Assembly: GCA_963627135.1 (NCBI GenBank)
Contig: CAVFZY010000015.1
Location: forward strand, 7,382 to 71,381
DNA: 64,000 nucleotides
Source of the DNA: Bacteroidaceae bacterium
GTDB taxonomy: Bacteria; Bacillota; Clostridia; Oscillospirales; Oscillospiraceae
Direction of reading: 5' to 3'
Shown here: positions 25,863 to 35,120 of the stretch, piece after piece
How positions within the stretch are numbered: position 1 is the stretch's first letter
Layout: each line of letters starts with the position of its first letter
Translations under genes and position numbers: made by a program
Notes under the pieces: model-generated
The model's input: only the letters and a program-made list of their open reading frames with translations
Database searches by the model: none
What the model was told of the DNA's origin: nothing

Positions 25863-27456
25863 CGACGTTGTCGACAGCGGCACCTGCGGCGCCGACGGCG
25901 ACGGCAGCAGCGTCACCTGGACGATCGACAAAAACGGCGTTCTGACCGTCACCGGTACCGGTGCGATCACGTCCGACGCCATGCAGATCCGGCAGCTGAG
26001 CTATCGCAGTGACGTGACCTCTGCCGTCATCGGTGAGGGCATCACGGACATGGGCGCGCTCTGGCTGGGCTACACATCGCTGACCAGCGTGTCGTTCCCG
26101 GACACGATCACCCTGCTGAAAAACGTGTGCAGCGGCTGCCCGGAGCTGACGAGCGTGCGTCTGCCGGCCAAGCTGGAGTCGCTTGTCGGCGCCTTCACGG
26201 GGTGCAAAAGCCTGACGACGATCGCGCTGCCGGACACACTGAAGTTCATTTCGGACAGCTTTGCCAGCTGCGAGGGCCTGACCGAGGTCGTGATCCCCGA
26301 GGGTGTGACGGCGCTTGGCGAAGGCGTGTTTGACGGGTGCACGAACCTCGTGCGTCTGACGTTGCCCTCGACACTGCAGGAGATCGGCAGCTTTTGCTTC
26401 GGCGAATGCCGCGCACTCAAGAGCGTTTCCATCCCGGAGGGCATTACAAGACTCGAGAGCCATCTGTTTTACAACTGCACCGGGCTGGAGAGCATTTCGC
26501 TTCCCGCCTCACTGACGAGCATCGGCTATCTGACATTCTCCGGTGCCCGCAATGTCAAGGTCGTCTGCTATGCCGGCACGGAGGAGCAGTGGAAGGCGCT
26601 CTCCCTTTCAAAGGACCTGTTCTCCGGTGCGAAGATCTGCTACGAGCATCCGGACCATGTCTTTGACCCGCTGACGAATACGCCTGCGACCTGTACGGAC
26701 GACGGCCGCATTGCCGGTACCTGCACCGTCTGCGGCTACAGCATGGACACCGTGCTGCCCGCATACGGCCATGACTGGGACGAGGGTAAGGTCCTCTCGG
26801 AGCCGGATGGCCTGCTCTGCGGCTTTATTGAGCACACCTGCCGCCGCTGCGGCGGCACGGGCTATACGGTGCTCGACCCTGAGGTCCTTGCCTATGAGCA
26901 GTTCACGGACATCGACCCCAACGCCTGGTCGTATGAGGGCATCCAGTTCTGCGTCATGATGGGCTACATGTCCGGCACGGGCGACACGACCTTCGCGCCC
27001 GACGGCGTGACCACACGCGCGCAGATCGTGCAGATCCTCTATAACTTCGTCGGCGAACCGGAAGTCACCGGCGAAACGCCGTTCACCGACCTCACGCAGG
27101 ATTGGTACAAGAACGCGGTGCTCTGGGCGTATCAGAACGGCGTCGTGGCCGGCACGTCGGACACGACCTTCTCGCCCGAGGAGCCCGTGACGCGCGAACA
27201 GATCGCGGTCCTGCTGGCCGAGTTCGCGGATAAGGTGCTCGAAGTCGGCGGCGCCGAGACTCCGGCCGATTTGTCCGCATACCCGGACGGCGCGCAGGTC
27301 TCCGACTGGGCGCGCGACGCCATGGCTGACGCGGTCGCGCTCGGCATCCTCAACGGCGCCGAGATCGACGGCACGCTCTGGCTCCTGCCGCAGGGTCAGG
27401 CCACCCGTGCGCAGGTCGCAACGCTCCTCGAGGGCTTCTGCGCAAGTCTCGCGTAA
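25789..27456 (+). CDS. Surface protein: BspA-type leucine-rich repeats, Cys-rich linker and three C-terminal SLH domains
   Basis: Signal peptide. LRR_5-like repeats (F.GC..L..V.IPEGVT.LG..F). SLH modules (FTDIDPNAWSYEGIQFC.., FTDLTQDWYKNAVLWAY.., VSDWARDAMADAVALGIL..). Confidence 0.9.
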   Translation: MKKKLLSILLVLSLMLALVPAAFAADVVDSGTCGADGDGSSVTWTIDKNGVLTVTGTGAITSDAMQIRQLSYRSDVTSAVIGEGITDMGALWLGYTSLTSVSFPDTITLLKNVCSGCPELTSVRLPAKLESLVGAFTGCKSLTTIALPDTLKFISDSFASCEGLTEVVIPEGVTALGEGVFDGCTNLVRLTLPSTLQEIGSFCFGECRALKSVSIPEGITRLESHLFYNCTGLESISLPASLTSIGYLTFSGARNVKVVCYAGTEEQWKALSLSKDLFSGAKICYEHPDHVFDPLTNTPATCTDDGRIAGTCTVCGYSMDTVLPAYGHDWDEGKVLSEPDGLLCGFIEHTCRRCGGTGYTVLDPEVLAYEQFTDIDPNAWSYEGIQFCVMMGYMSGTGDTTFAPDGVTTRAQIVQILYNFVGEPEVTGETPFTDLTQDWYKNAVLWAYQNGVVAGTSDTTFSPEEPVTREQIAVLLAEFADKVLEVGGAETPADLSAYPDGAQVSDWARDAMADAVALGILNGAEIDGTLWLLPQGQATRAQVATLLEGFCASLA

Positions 27457-27475
27457 ATCCATCTCCGATCACCGA

Positions 27476-27509
27476 GCCGGCGTCCCTGAACGGGGCGCCG
27501 GCTTTTTTT
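27476..27509 (+). terminator. Terminator after the first LRR-SLH gene
   Basis: GCCGGCGTCCC-TGAAC-GGGGCGCCGGC followed by T7. Confidence 0.85.
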
Positions 27510-27510
27510 G

Positions 27511-27681
27511 TCACTTTTTGCACAGACAGTACAAAAAGCCACTTGCGGCAGGGGACGATTTCCAGTATACTGAATACACCGACTATTGAAAGTAAAGGAG
27601 AAATGGTATGAAAAAGAAACTTCTGAGCATCCTGCTCGTGCTGAGCCTGATGCTCGCGCTCGTCCCGGCGGCCTTCGCGGC
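27511..27681 (+). repeat. Duplicated promoter, 5'UTR and signal-peptide module, copy 2
   Basis: See 25692-25862. Confidence 0.9.
27543..27571 (+). promoter_or_regulatory. Promoter TTGCGG-17-TATACT (duplicate)
   Basis: -35 at 27543-27548, -10 at 27566-27571. Confidence 0.6.
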
Positions 27682-29185
27682 GGACGAGGTGAGCGCCGAA
27701 CTGGGAAGCGATGGCACAACGCTCACCTTCTCCGGCAGCGGCACGGCAACGGCCGACTGCTGGGACGGCGACTGGACCGCCGTTACGCACATTGCCCTCG
27801 GGTTTAACATCAGCGGCATCGCCGAGGATGTGCTGGCCCGCTGCGTCAACCTCGTGTCCTTTGAGACCATCAAGGGCAGCTGGTATCTCCGGACCTACAA
27901 CGGCGGCCTCATCTCCGAGGACAGCAAGCAGATGCTGGCCGCGCCGAACAAGTGCACGGTCTATGAGATCCCCGACTTGGTGAATACCGTCAAGACGGGC
28001 GCGTTCCGCTACTGTCAGGGCCTGACGGCGGTCACGTTCCCGGCGAGCCTCACCACCATTGAGGCTCAGGCCTTCACCAGCTGCCTGAGCCTGACGGACG
28101 TTCAGCTGCCGGACGGCCTGAAGACGATCGGCGACTTTGCCTTTGCCGGCTGCGCCGCGCTGACGAGCGTGCTCATCCCGAAGAGCGTCACGCGCATCGG
28201 CGCGGGCGCCTTCACCGGCTGCACCGCGCTCACGGCCATCGACTACAGCGGCACCGAGGCCGAGTGGGCCCAGCTGACCAAGGGCGAGAACGCGCTGCCG
28301 GAGGGCGTGACCGTGAACTTCAACGCGCCCATCCACCACTACGGTTCCTGGATGGGCACGGACCCGCACTGCACGACCGAGGGCCAGCGCACCCGCACCT
28401 GCAAGGACGACGGCTGCGGTCACACGGAGGAAATGACACTCCCCGCCCGCGGCCACTACTTCGACGGCGGCCGTGTGACGACACCGGCGACGGAGACCAC
28501 AACCGGCGTGCGCACCTATACCTGCAAGACCTACGGCTGCAATGCCACGCGCACCGAGGAGATCCCCAAGCTCACCCCGCAGGTGCCCGTGAGCGAGCGC
28601 TTTGACGACGTCGATCCCGACGGCTGGGCGTACGAGGACATTCAGTACTGCGTGGACCACAGCCTCATGTCCGGCGTCGGCGGCCGGCGCTTCGCACCCG
28701 ACGTCGTGATGACCCGCGCGCAGATCGTGCAGGTGCTCTATAACATCGAGGGCGAGCCGGCCGTCACCGGCGAGACCCCGTTTACTGACCTCACGTCCGA
28801 CTGGTATCAGAACGCGGTGCTCTGGGCGTACCAGACCGGCGTTGTGGCCGGCACGGGCGACGGTTCGACCTTCTCTCCCGACGACCCCGTCACGCGCGAG
28901 CAGACGGCCGTCATCCTCATGGAGTACGCCGACCGGGTGCTCGACAAGTACCATCCGAACCAGTATGACCGGCTCTTCCCGTATCAGGACCGTGCGGACA
29001 TCTCCGCCTATGCGCGCACGGCCATGAACTGGGCGGTGGACCACAATCTGTTCAGCGGCGTGCCGGGCCCGGGCGGCCTTTCGCTCAAGCCGCAGAGCGA
29101 TGCCACTCGCGAGCAGATGGCCGTCATTCTGGCGCAGTTCTGCCGCGAGCTGAATGTCTGGAACGACCCCATCACACTCGCCTGA
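27608..29185 (+). CDS. Surface protein: BspA-type LRR region plus three SLH domains (paralog)
   Basis: Signal peptide identical to the upstream gene. LRR_5-like repeats. SLH modules (FDDVDPDGWAYEDIQYC.., FTDLTSDWYQNAVLWAY.., ISAYARTAMNWAVDHNLF..). Confidence 0.9.
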   Translation: MKKKLLSILLVLSLMLALVPAAFAADEVSAELGSDGTTLTFSGSGTATADCWDGDWTAVTHIALGFNISGIAEDVLARCVNLVSFETIKGSWYLRTYNGGLISEDSKQMLAAPNKCTVYEIPDLVNTVKTGAFRYCQGLTAVTFPASLTTIEAQAFTSCLSLTDVQLPDGLKTIGDFAFAGCAALTSVLIPKSVTRIGAGAFTGCTALTAIDYSGTEAEWAQLTKGENALPEGVTVNFNAPIHHYGSWMGTDPHCTTEGQRTRTCKDDGCGHTEEMTLPARGHYFDGGRVTTPATETTTGVRTYTCKTYGCNATRTEEIPKLTPQVPVSERFDDVDPDGWAYEDIQYCVDHSLMSGVGGRRFAPDVVMTRAQIVQVLYNIEGEPAVTGETPFTDLTSDWYQNAVLWAYQTGVVAGTGDGSTFSPDDPVTREQTAVILMEYADRVLDKYHPNQYDRLFPYQDRADISAYARTAMNWAVDHNLFSGVPGPGGLSLKPQSDATREQMAVILAQFCRELNVWNDPITLA

Positions 29186-29202
29186 CCCGCATCCGTCTTT
29201 CG

Positions 29203-29233
29203 ACCGGTGTCCCGTTTGGGACGCCGGTTTTTT
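29203..29233 (+). terminator. Terminator after the second LRR-SLH gene
   Basis: ACCGGTGTCCC-GTTT-GGGACGCCGGT followed by TTTTT. Confidence 0.85.
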
Positions 29234-29261
29234 GCGCGGCGGGACAGGATACAATCTCCGG

Positions 29262-29290
29262 TTGCAAAGCTGTGTGCGAAATGATACAAT
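29262..29290 (+). promoter_or_regulatory. Promoter TTGCAA-17-TACAAT (TGA upstream of the -10)
   Basis: -35 at 29262-29267, -10 at 29285-29290. Confidence 0.55.
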
Positions 29291-29330
29291 TCTTTTAAAC
29301 AATTGCGGATGTACAGAAGGAGTGAGGCGT

Positions 29331-29909
29331 ATGGGCGAGACCATCCGGAGCAAACAAAACCAGCTCACCCGGGACGAGATCTACAGCAGCTTTCTTGATC
29401 TGCTGGAGCAAAAGCCGGCCGAGACCATCAAGGTCACGGACGTCTGCAAGCGCGCGGGTATCAGCCGCGGGACTTTTTACCGCTATTATCTCGATGTTGC
29501 TGACCTCTCGGCGGACGTTGATGGATGGTATGCCCGGCTGCTCACGCCGTATATCGAGCGGCTGTTTTCCTTCGCCGAGCGCGACCGAACGGTGTCGCTG
29601 TCCATCCTTACGGAGCTGATGCAGCAGCTGACCGCGCACCCGAAATACTGCCGGGTCCTCCTCTGTACGGAGCGCGGTGAGGCAGCGCGTGCACAGGCAC
29701 GCGCGCTGATCTATGCGCACTACCGGCAGTGGCTGGCTGCCTACCATCCGGAAATCGAGCCCGAGCAGGCGCTCTACGGTATCGCTGCTTCATCGCACGG
29801 CGGTCTGGCTGTACTTCAGCGCTGGATCGAAAACGGCTTTCGTGAGACGCCGGAGCAATTGCTGAACTATTTTCCGCGTATGAAGCAGACAGGACATGAC
29901 ACTGTGTAA
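29331..29909 (+). CDS. TetR/AcrR family transcriptional regulator
   Basis: N-terminal HTH IKVTDVCKRAGISRGTFYRYY. GAAGGAG RBS. The track ORF starts upstream at 29154. Confidence 0.85.
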   Translation: MGETIRSKQNQLTRDEIYSSFLDLLEQKPAETIKVTDVCKRAGISRGTFYRYYLDVADLSADVDGWYARLLTPYIERLFSFAERDRTVSLSILTELMQQLTAHPKYCRVLLCTERGEAARAQARALIYAHYRQWLAAYHPEIEPEQALYGIAASSHGGLAVLQRWIENGFRETPEQLLNYFPRMKQTGHDTV

Positions 29910-29930
29910 CACTTTCTGAAAACGTGTAAG

Positions 29931-29983
29931 AATCGCACATATTTTGAACATTTTTTAAAATTATGTTCAAAATATGTGCGATT
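29931..29983. promoter_or_regulatory. Perfect 21-bp AT-rich inverted repeat (operator and/or terminator)
   Basis: AATCGCACATATTTTGAACAT at 29931-29951 pairs with ATGTTCAAAATATGTGCGATT at 29963-29983, followed by TTTT. All other terminators in the window are GC-rich. Confidence 0.6.
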
Positions 29984-29999
29984 TTTGCGAAATCGTCAG

Positions 30000-30028
30000 T
30001 TGATTCATAAATAAAGAACGGTTACAAT
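30000..30028 (+). promoter_or_regulatory. Promoter TTGATT-17-TACAAT
   Basis: -35 at 30000-30005, -10 at 30023-30028. Confidence 0.55.
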
Positions 30029-30073
30029 GTGGTTACATTCTCACGAATTTACCTGAAAGGAGCACATTTGCTT

Positions 30074-32833
30074 ATGAAGACCCGCACACGCAAGCTCCTG
30101 ACCCTGCTGTTGGTAGCGGCTATGGTCATGAGTCTGATGGTCCCGGCACTCGCGGTCGATACTGCGTACTCCGCGACCCCCTATACCTACGACGCCGGAG
30201 ACTACACCTTCGGTAAAATTTCGCACCCGAACAGTGCACCAGGCCAGGCGGACGGCCTGGTCGATTACACCGGTAACGGTACCGTAGCCGTGACTGGAAG
30301 CACCGACGCCGCTGCTGGCCAGGGCGACCGCGGCCAGAGCTATTCCTGGTCTGCTATGGCCTACGGCGACTATGTCTATGTCGGCACCTGCTATGCCGCC
30401 ATGGGGCAGACGCTCACAGCGATGGATACCGTTATGGGCCACGATTTTGATGAGGAGACCATGCGTGCAGAACTCAACGCCATCTTCAACGGAACGTTCT
30501 TCTACGGCCAGGACGACGGCGCCGACTCCAAGGGTATTCTCGTAAAGGTCAATGTGCACACCGGTGAGATGACGCTGCTCATGTCCCAGTCGCTCAACGG
30601 CATCGCGCCGTTGTTCCGCAATGCCATCTGCTACAAAGACAAGCTCTATTTCTGCGGCAGTGTCAACACCAACGGCCGCGGTGGGCTGCCGAGCGTCTAT
30701 GAGATCGACCCGAGCGACGACAGCATCACCTGCGTCTACGAGGGCCTGTCAAATATGCAGGAATACGCGCAGGCGTACAAGGCCGGCGTCTGCACCGGCA
30801 TCCGCGGCATGGCGGTCTATGACGGCAAGCTCGTCATCAGCAACGTCGGCATCGACGGCGGCTATCTGCTCATCAGCGACGATCCGTCGCAGGGCTTCAC
30901 GAAGATCGCTACGCAGGCAGACCTCTATAATTATCCCGCCGTGCACTATGTCGACAGCGTTTACGGCGGCGGCATCTGGGAGATCGTCGAGTACAACGGC
31001 AGCCTCTATGTCGCCATGTGCACCGGCACGCCCGCCACGCGCGTGGGCGACAACATGCGCTCGTTCGCCATTGTGCGCGGCAACTGCTCCGGCGACTGGA
31101 GCGACCCCAACGCATGGACGTGGACACCGGTCGTGGGCGATCAGGCTGATGGTGCGAAGTACACCTTCGGTATCGACCCGGAACGCACCCGCGCTGCGGC
31201 CTGCAACATGTGTATTTATGACGGTTATCTCTACATCGGCGAGTACAACGATGAGGAGATCCCGCTCGAGGAGCTCATGTTCAGCCAGGACTTTGGCTTC
31301 CTCGCGCGCAACCTTGAGCAGTCTGTCAACCTCTACCGTATGTCCATCGGATCTGACGGCACTGAGCAGATGGAGCTCGTCGTCGGCGAGCCGACGGATA
31401 TGTTCCCGGCTGGCGGCATCCTGTGCCAGGAGTCCGGCTTCGGTGACTATGAAAACCAGTATTTCTGGCAGTCGAAGGTGTTCGACGGTAAGCTCTTTCT
31501 CGGCACATTCGACACCAGCTCTCTGCTGCACCCGCTCGGTCAGTTCACCAACGGTGACCTCCTGAAGATGTCACGCGAGGAGTGGGCCAGCCAGCTTGGT
31601 TACCTCAAGGTGCTGATCAAACTCCTGCTGAATAAGAACCAGTCCGGCGACGGCACGCTGCTGGCCGCTGAACCCGTGGACGCGGACGCTGCTATTGACG
31701 CTGCCGTCGAAGCGGTCAACGACGAGAACCCTGAACTCTACTCGCTCACCGACGTGCAATACACCACGCTGCGTCAGGCACTGCAGGACGGAACCTATAC
31801 TGCATATTACAGCCTGTCCACGCTGAGCAGCCTGAACCAGCTCAACAGCCTGCTTGCTCAGCTGACCGATCTTGTCGAAACGAACGATATTTCGGGCTTC
31901 GTTGAGATCTATCAGCAGGCCAACGACCTGTACGCGAGCCTCAGCGACAAGCTGCCCGATGCGCTCAAGAAGCTTTATGAAGTGCTTGTGCGCGTGACCG
32001 AGCTGGAAAACATGAAAGATCTTGTCATCTGCCTCAACAAGCTCTCGACCGCTACGCGCGGCTTCGGCCTGTACGCCATCACGTCCGACGACGGCCAGCT
32101 TTCGCTCGAAACGCTCACGCGCGACGGCTTCGGCGACCCGTACAACCACGGCCTGCGTATCTTCGCCACGAACGATGAGCAGGGGTGGATGGTTATCGGA
32201 ACGGCCAACCCCTTCATGGGTACACAGCTCTGGCGCACGACCGTGGAAACGTCTGACCCGATGAGCCGCTTTACCGATCTGGACCCGGATAACTGGGCCT
32301 ATTCCGGCATCGCCTATTGCGTGCAGAACGGACTCATGACCGGCACGAGTGACACAACGTTCTTGCCGGACGGTGTGACCACGCGTGCGCAGATCGTGCA
32401 GATCCTCTATAACCTCGCGGGCGAACCGGCCGTCAACGGCACGACGCCGTTCACCGACCTGACGAATGACTGGTATCAGGATGCGGTGCTCTGGGCGTAC
32501 CAGACCGGCGTCGTGGCCGGCACGTCGGACACGACCTTCTCACCGGAAGCGCCTGTCACGCGTGAGCAGATCGCTGTCATCCTTATGGAGTTTGCCTCAA
32601 AGGTCCTTCAGTTCGAGAGCGGTGAGACTCCGGCGGATCTTTCGGCGTTCCCGGATGGGGCGGACGTATCCGACTGGGCGCAGGCCGCCATGGCTGACGC
32701 CGTGGCGCTCGGCATCCTCAGCGGCGCCGAGATCGACGGCGCGCTCTGGCTCCTGCCGCAGGGTCAGGCTACCCGCGCGCAGGTCGCGACCCTTCTTAAG
32801 GGCTTCTGTGAGGCCATTGTTTACGCGCAGTAA
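30074..32833 (+). CDS. Surface protein: beta-propeller-like N-terminal region, helical middle and three SLH domains
   Basis: Signal peptide. Recurring Kelch-like blades (YGDYVYVGT, YKDKLYFCGS, VYDGKLVISN, YNGSLYVAMC, IYDGYLYIGEY, VFDGKLFLGTFD). The SLH triplet is nearly identical to that of 25789-27456. Confidence 0.88.
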   Translation: MKTRTRKLLTLLLVAAMVMSLMVPALAVDTAYSATPYTYDAGDYTFGKISHPNSAPGQADGLVDYTGNGTVAVTGSTDAAAGQGDRGQSYSWSAMAYGDYVYVGTCYAAMGQTLTAMDTVMGHDFDEETMRAELNAIFNGTFFYGQDDGADSKGILVKVNVHTGEMTLLMSQSLNGIAPLFRNAICYKDKLYFCGSVNTNGRGGLPSVYEIDPSDDSITCVYEGLSNMQEYAQAYKAGVCTGIRGMAVYDGKLVISNVGIDGGYLLISDDPSQGFTKIATQADLYNYPAVHYVDSVYGGGIWEIVEYNGSLYVAMCTGTPATRVGDNMRSFAIVRGNCSGDWSDPNAWTWTPVVGDQADGAKYTFGIDPERTRAAACNMCIYDGYLYIGEYNDEEIPLEELMFSQDFGFLARNLEQSVNLYRMSIGSDGTEQMELVVGEPTDMFPAGGILCQESGFGDYENQYFWQSKVFDGKLFLGTFDTSSLLHPLGQFTNGDLLKMSREEWASQLGYLKVLIKLLLNKNQSGDGTLLAAEPVDADAAIDAAVEAVNDENPELYSLTDVQYTTLRQALQDGTYTAYYSLSTLSSLNQLNSLLAQLTDLVETNDISGFVEIYQQANDLYASLSDKLPDALKKLYEVLVRVTELENMKDLVICLNKLSTATRGFGLYAITSDDGQLSLETLTRDGFGDPYNHGLRIFATNDEQGWMVIGTANPFMGTQLWRTTVETSDPMSRFTDLDPDNWAYSGIAYCVQNGLMTGTSDTTFLPDGVTTRAQIVQILYNLAGEPAVNGTTPFTDLTNDWYQDAVLWAYQTGVVAGTSDTTFSPEAPVTREQIAVILMEFASKVLQFESGETPADLSAFPDGADVSDWAQAAMADAVALGILSGAEIDGALWLLPQGQATRAQVATLLKGFCEAIVYAQ

Positions 32834-32848
32834 GATCACGGCTTTTTG

Positions 32849-32885
32849 TGCATCCGCGCCGAAAACGGCGCGGATGCATGTTTTT
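32849..32885 (+). terminator. Terminator
   Basis: TGCATCCGCGCCG-AAAA-CGGCGCGGATGCA followed by TGTTTTT. Confidence 0.85.
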
Positions 32886-32972
32886 GCGGGCACTTAATTT
32901 TTCTTAAAGAGGCCCAAAGCCTCTGGGCGAAGACGGCCCGGATGTGTTAGGATAGACCCCAGAGGTGATACC

Positions 32973-33674
32973 ATGGAAAACCTGGAGACCCCCGTCCGCA
33001 TCCTCGTCGTGGATGACGAGCCGGACATCCGCAATATTTTGCATATCCTGCTCTCGTCGCGCGGCTACGAGGTTGACGAGGCCGAAAACGGCCTGCGCGC
33101 CGTGGAGCTTGTGCGCGCGCAGCCGGACTATGATCTCATTATATTGGACATCATGATGCCAGGCATGGACGGCGTGGCTGCCTGCACGGAGATCCGGCAG
33201 CACAGCGTCGCGCCGATCCTGTTTCTCACGGCGAAGGCCCAGCCCGCCGACATGAGCGACGCCTACGGCAGCGGCGGCGACGATTATCTCATCAAGCCCT
33301 TTTCCAACCACGAGCTGTTCCTGCGGGTCGATTCACTCATCCGGCGCTACCGCGTCTACCACGGCAAGGGCGACGCGCCGACGGTCATCGACGCGCTCGA
33401 GATCAACCGCGAAAAGGGCACCGTGTGCAAAAACGGCCGCGCCGTCGAGATGACCAAGACGGAGTTTGAGCTGCTGCAGTACCTCATCGCCAACCGCGGC
33501 GCGGCCGTGTCCGCGCGCAAGCTCTATGAGGATGTCTGGCACGAGAAGTTCCTGCCCAGCTCCGCCAACACCGTCATGGTGCACATCCTCAAGCTGCGTA
33601 AGAAACTCGAGGATGACCCGGCCAACCCGACCCTCATCCGCACGGTCTGGGGAAAGGGGTATCAGATTGATTAG
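32973..33674 (+). CDS. OmpR-family response regulator
   Basis: Receiver domain (ILVVDDEPDI..DLIILDIMMPGMDG) plus a winged-helix domain (LTKTEFELLQYL..IRTVWGKGYQI). Confidence 0.93.
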   Translation: MENLETPVRILVVDDEPDIRNILHILLSSRGYEVDEAENGLRAVELVRAQPDYDLIILDIMMPGMDGVAACTEIRQHSVAPILFLTAKAQPADMSDAYGSGGDDYLIKPFSNHELFLRVDSLIRRYRVYHGKGDAPTVIDALEINREKGTVCKNGRAVEMTKTEFELLQYLIANRGAAVSARKLYEDVWHEKFLPSSANTVMVHILKLRKKLEDDPANPTLIRTVWGKGYQID

Positions 33675-34992
33675 AAAGTGGCGCTCGTCGATCAATGCGC
33701 GCATGATCTTCGTACTTATCGCTGCACTGGTCGTGGGTGTGATGTGCTATTTCGGTGTGGACGCACTCGGTGTTGCGGCGATCGACCGCTGGTACCTGAG
33801 CGACGACGCCGTCGCGGCGCGCAACCTGGAGCACCAGCGCAGCCTGCAGCAGTTCGTGTGGGACGGCGGCGTTTCGTCGCGCGACACGGAGGCCATCGAG
33901 CAGTGGTCACGCAATGAGAAAAGCGCCAGTGTCATCGTCTATCAGGCAAGCGGCGGCCCCTATGAGGCCGGTGCCTGGGGCACGAGCGAATTACTCGAGG
34001 ACACAACGCAAAATGATATCAGTAATCTCGGCTACAGCTTCTGTCTCCTGCAGTTTGCCGACGGGGAATGCCGTGTCGCTGTGTGCGACTATTCCGAGCA
34101 GTGGCTCTACGGCTATGTGCAGCTTGGTGCGCTCGCGCTGGCGTTTCTAATCTATTCGTGCATCTCCATCGGTTTTGCGCGGCGGTTCACGCGGCGCGTC
34201 ACGCGCCTGTCGGAGGCCGTCAGCGCGGCCGGCGCGCTCAACCAGACGATCCCCATCGTCGGCACAGACGAGCTCGCGCGGCTGGCGGCCAGCGTCAACA
34301 CCATGCGCGACATGATCCTGGAGCGCACACGCAATGAGCAGACTGCCTGGCAGGCCAACAGCGACCTCATCACCGCCATGTCGCACGACATCCGCAACCC
34401 CCTCACGTCACTCATCGGCTATCTGGAACTGCTCGAGATGAGCCAGGACCGCCTGCCGGAGGACCTGCGCAGCTATGTGTTCGCCAGCCGCGACAAGGCC
34501 TATCAGCTCAAGGACCTGACCGGGGAGATGTTCCGGTATTTTCTCGTGTTCAGCCGCGGCGAGCAGGAAACGCACCCCGAGTCCTACGACGCGCAGATCC
34601 TCTGCGTGCAGCTGCTCGGCGAGTGCGCGGCCGAGCTGCGCAGCCGGGGCTTTGATGTCAACCTCCTGCCGCTGACCACGCCCTGTACCGTCACGACCGA
34701 CGTGCAGATGCTCAAGCGCGTGACGGATAATCTGCTCTCGAACATCGAAAAATACGCCGACCCCGCCGCGCGCCTGACCATTCTGGCTGAGTGCGAGGGT
34801 GGGCGGCTGCACGTCTGCTTTGCAAACCGCGCGCGCAGGGAGCTTGCACGCGTGGAGAGCAACCACATCGGCCTACGCACGTGCGAGGCGATTTTGAAGC
34901 TGCTCGGCGGCCAGTTTTTCACGCATTGCGTGGGCGATGATTTCTCGGCTGAGTTCGTCCTGCCGGTCACGCCGCCAGACGGTAAGACCTGA
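33667..34992 (+). CDS. Sensor histidine kinase
   Basis: Two TM segments. H-box ITAMSHDIRNPLTSLIGYLELL and a HATPase_c region. TTG start overlapping the response-regulator stop. The track ORF begins inside the response-regulator gene. Confidence 0.85.
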   Translation: MIRKWRSSINARMIFVLIAALVVGVMCYFGVDALGVAAIDRWYLSDDAVAARNLEHQRSLQQFVWDGGVSSRDTEAIEQWSRNEKSASVIVYQASGGPYEAGAWGTSELLEDTTQNDISNLGYSFCLLQFADGECRVAVCDYSEQWLYGYVQLGALALAFLIYSCISIGFARRFTRRVTRLSEAVSAAGALNQTIPIVGTDELARLAASVNTMRDMILERTRNEQTAWQANSDLITAMSHDIRNPLTSLIGYLELLEMSQDRLPEDLRSYVFASRDKAYQLKDLTGEMFRYFLVFSRGEQETHPESYDAQILCVQLLGECAAELRSRGFDVNLLPLTTPCTVTTDVQMLKRVTDNLLSNIEKYADPAARLTILAECEGGRLHVCFANRARRELARVESNHIGLRTCEAILKLLGGQFFTHCVGDDFSAEFVLPVTPPDGKT

Positions 34993-35003
34993 ACGGCGTA
35001 TGT

Positions 35004-35031
35004 GCCCCCGGCTACGGCCGGGGGCTTTTTT
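35004..35031 (+). terminator. Terminator after the two-component system
   Basis: GCCCCCGGC-TACG-GCCGGGGGC followed by T6. Confidence 0.85.
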
Positions 35032-35120
35032 GCCGCAGGAAAATCGACCGGAATGTCCCTTGACCGTTTCCGGAATTTCGGATATGATAGAAAGATAACA
35101 ACACGGAAGGAGGTGCGCGC

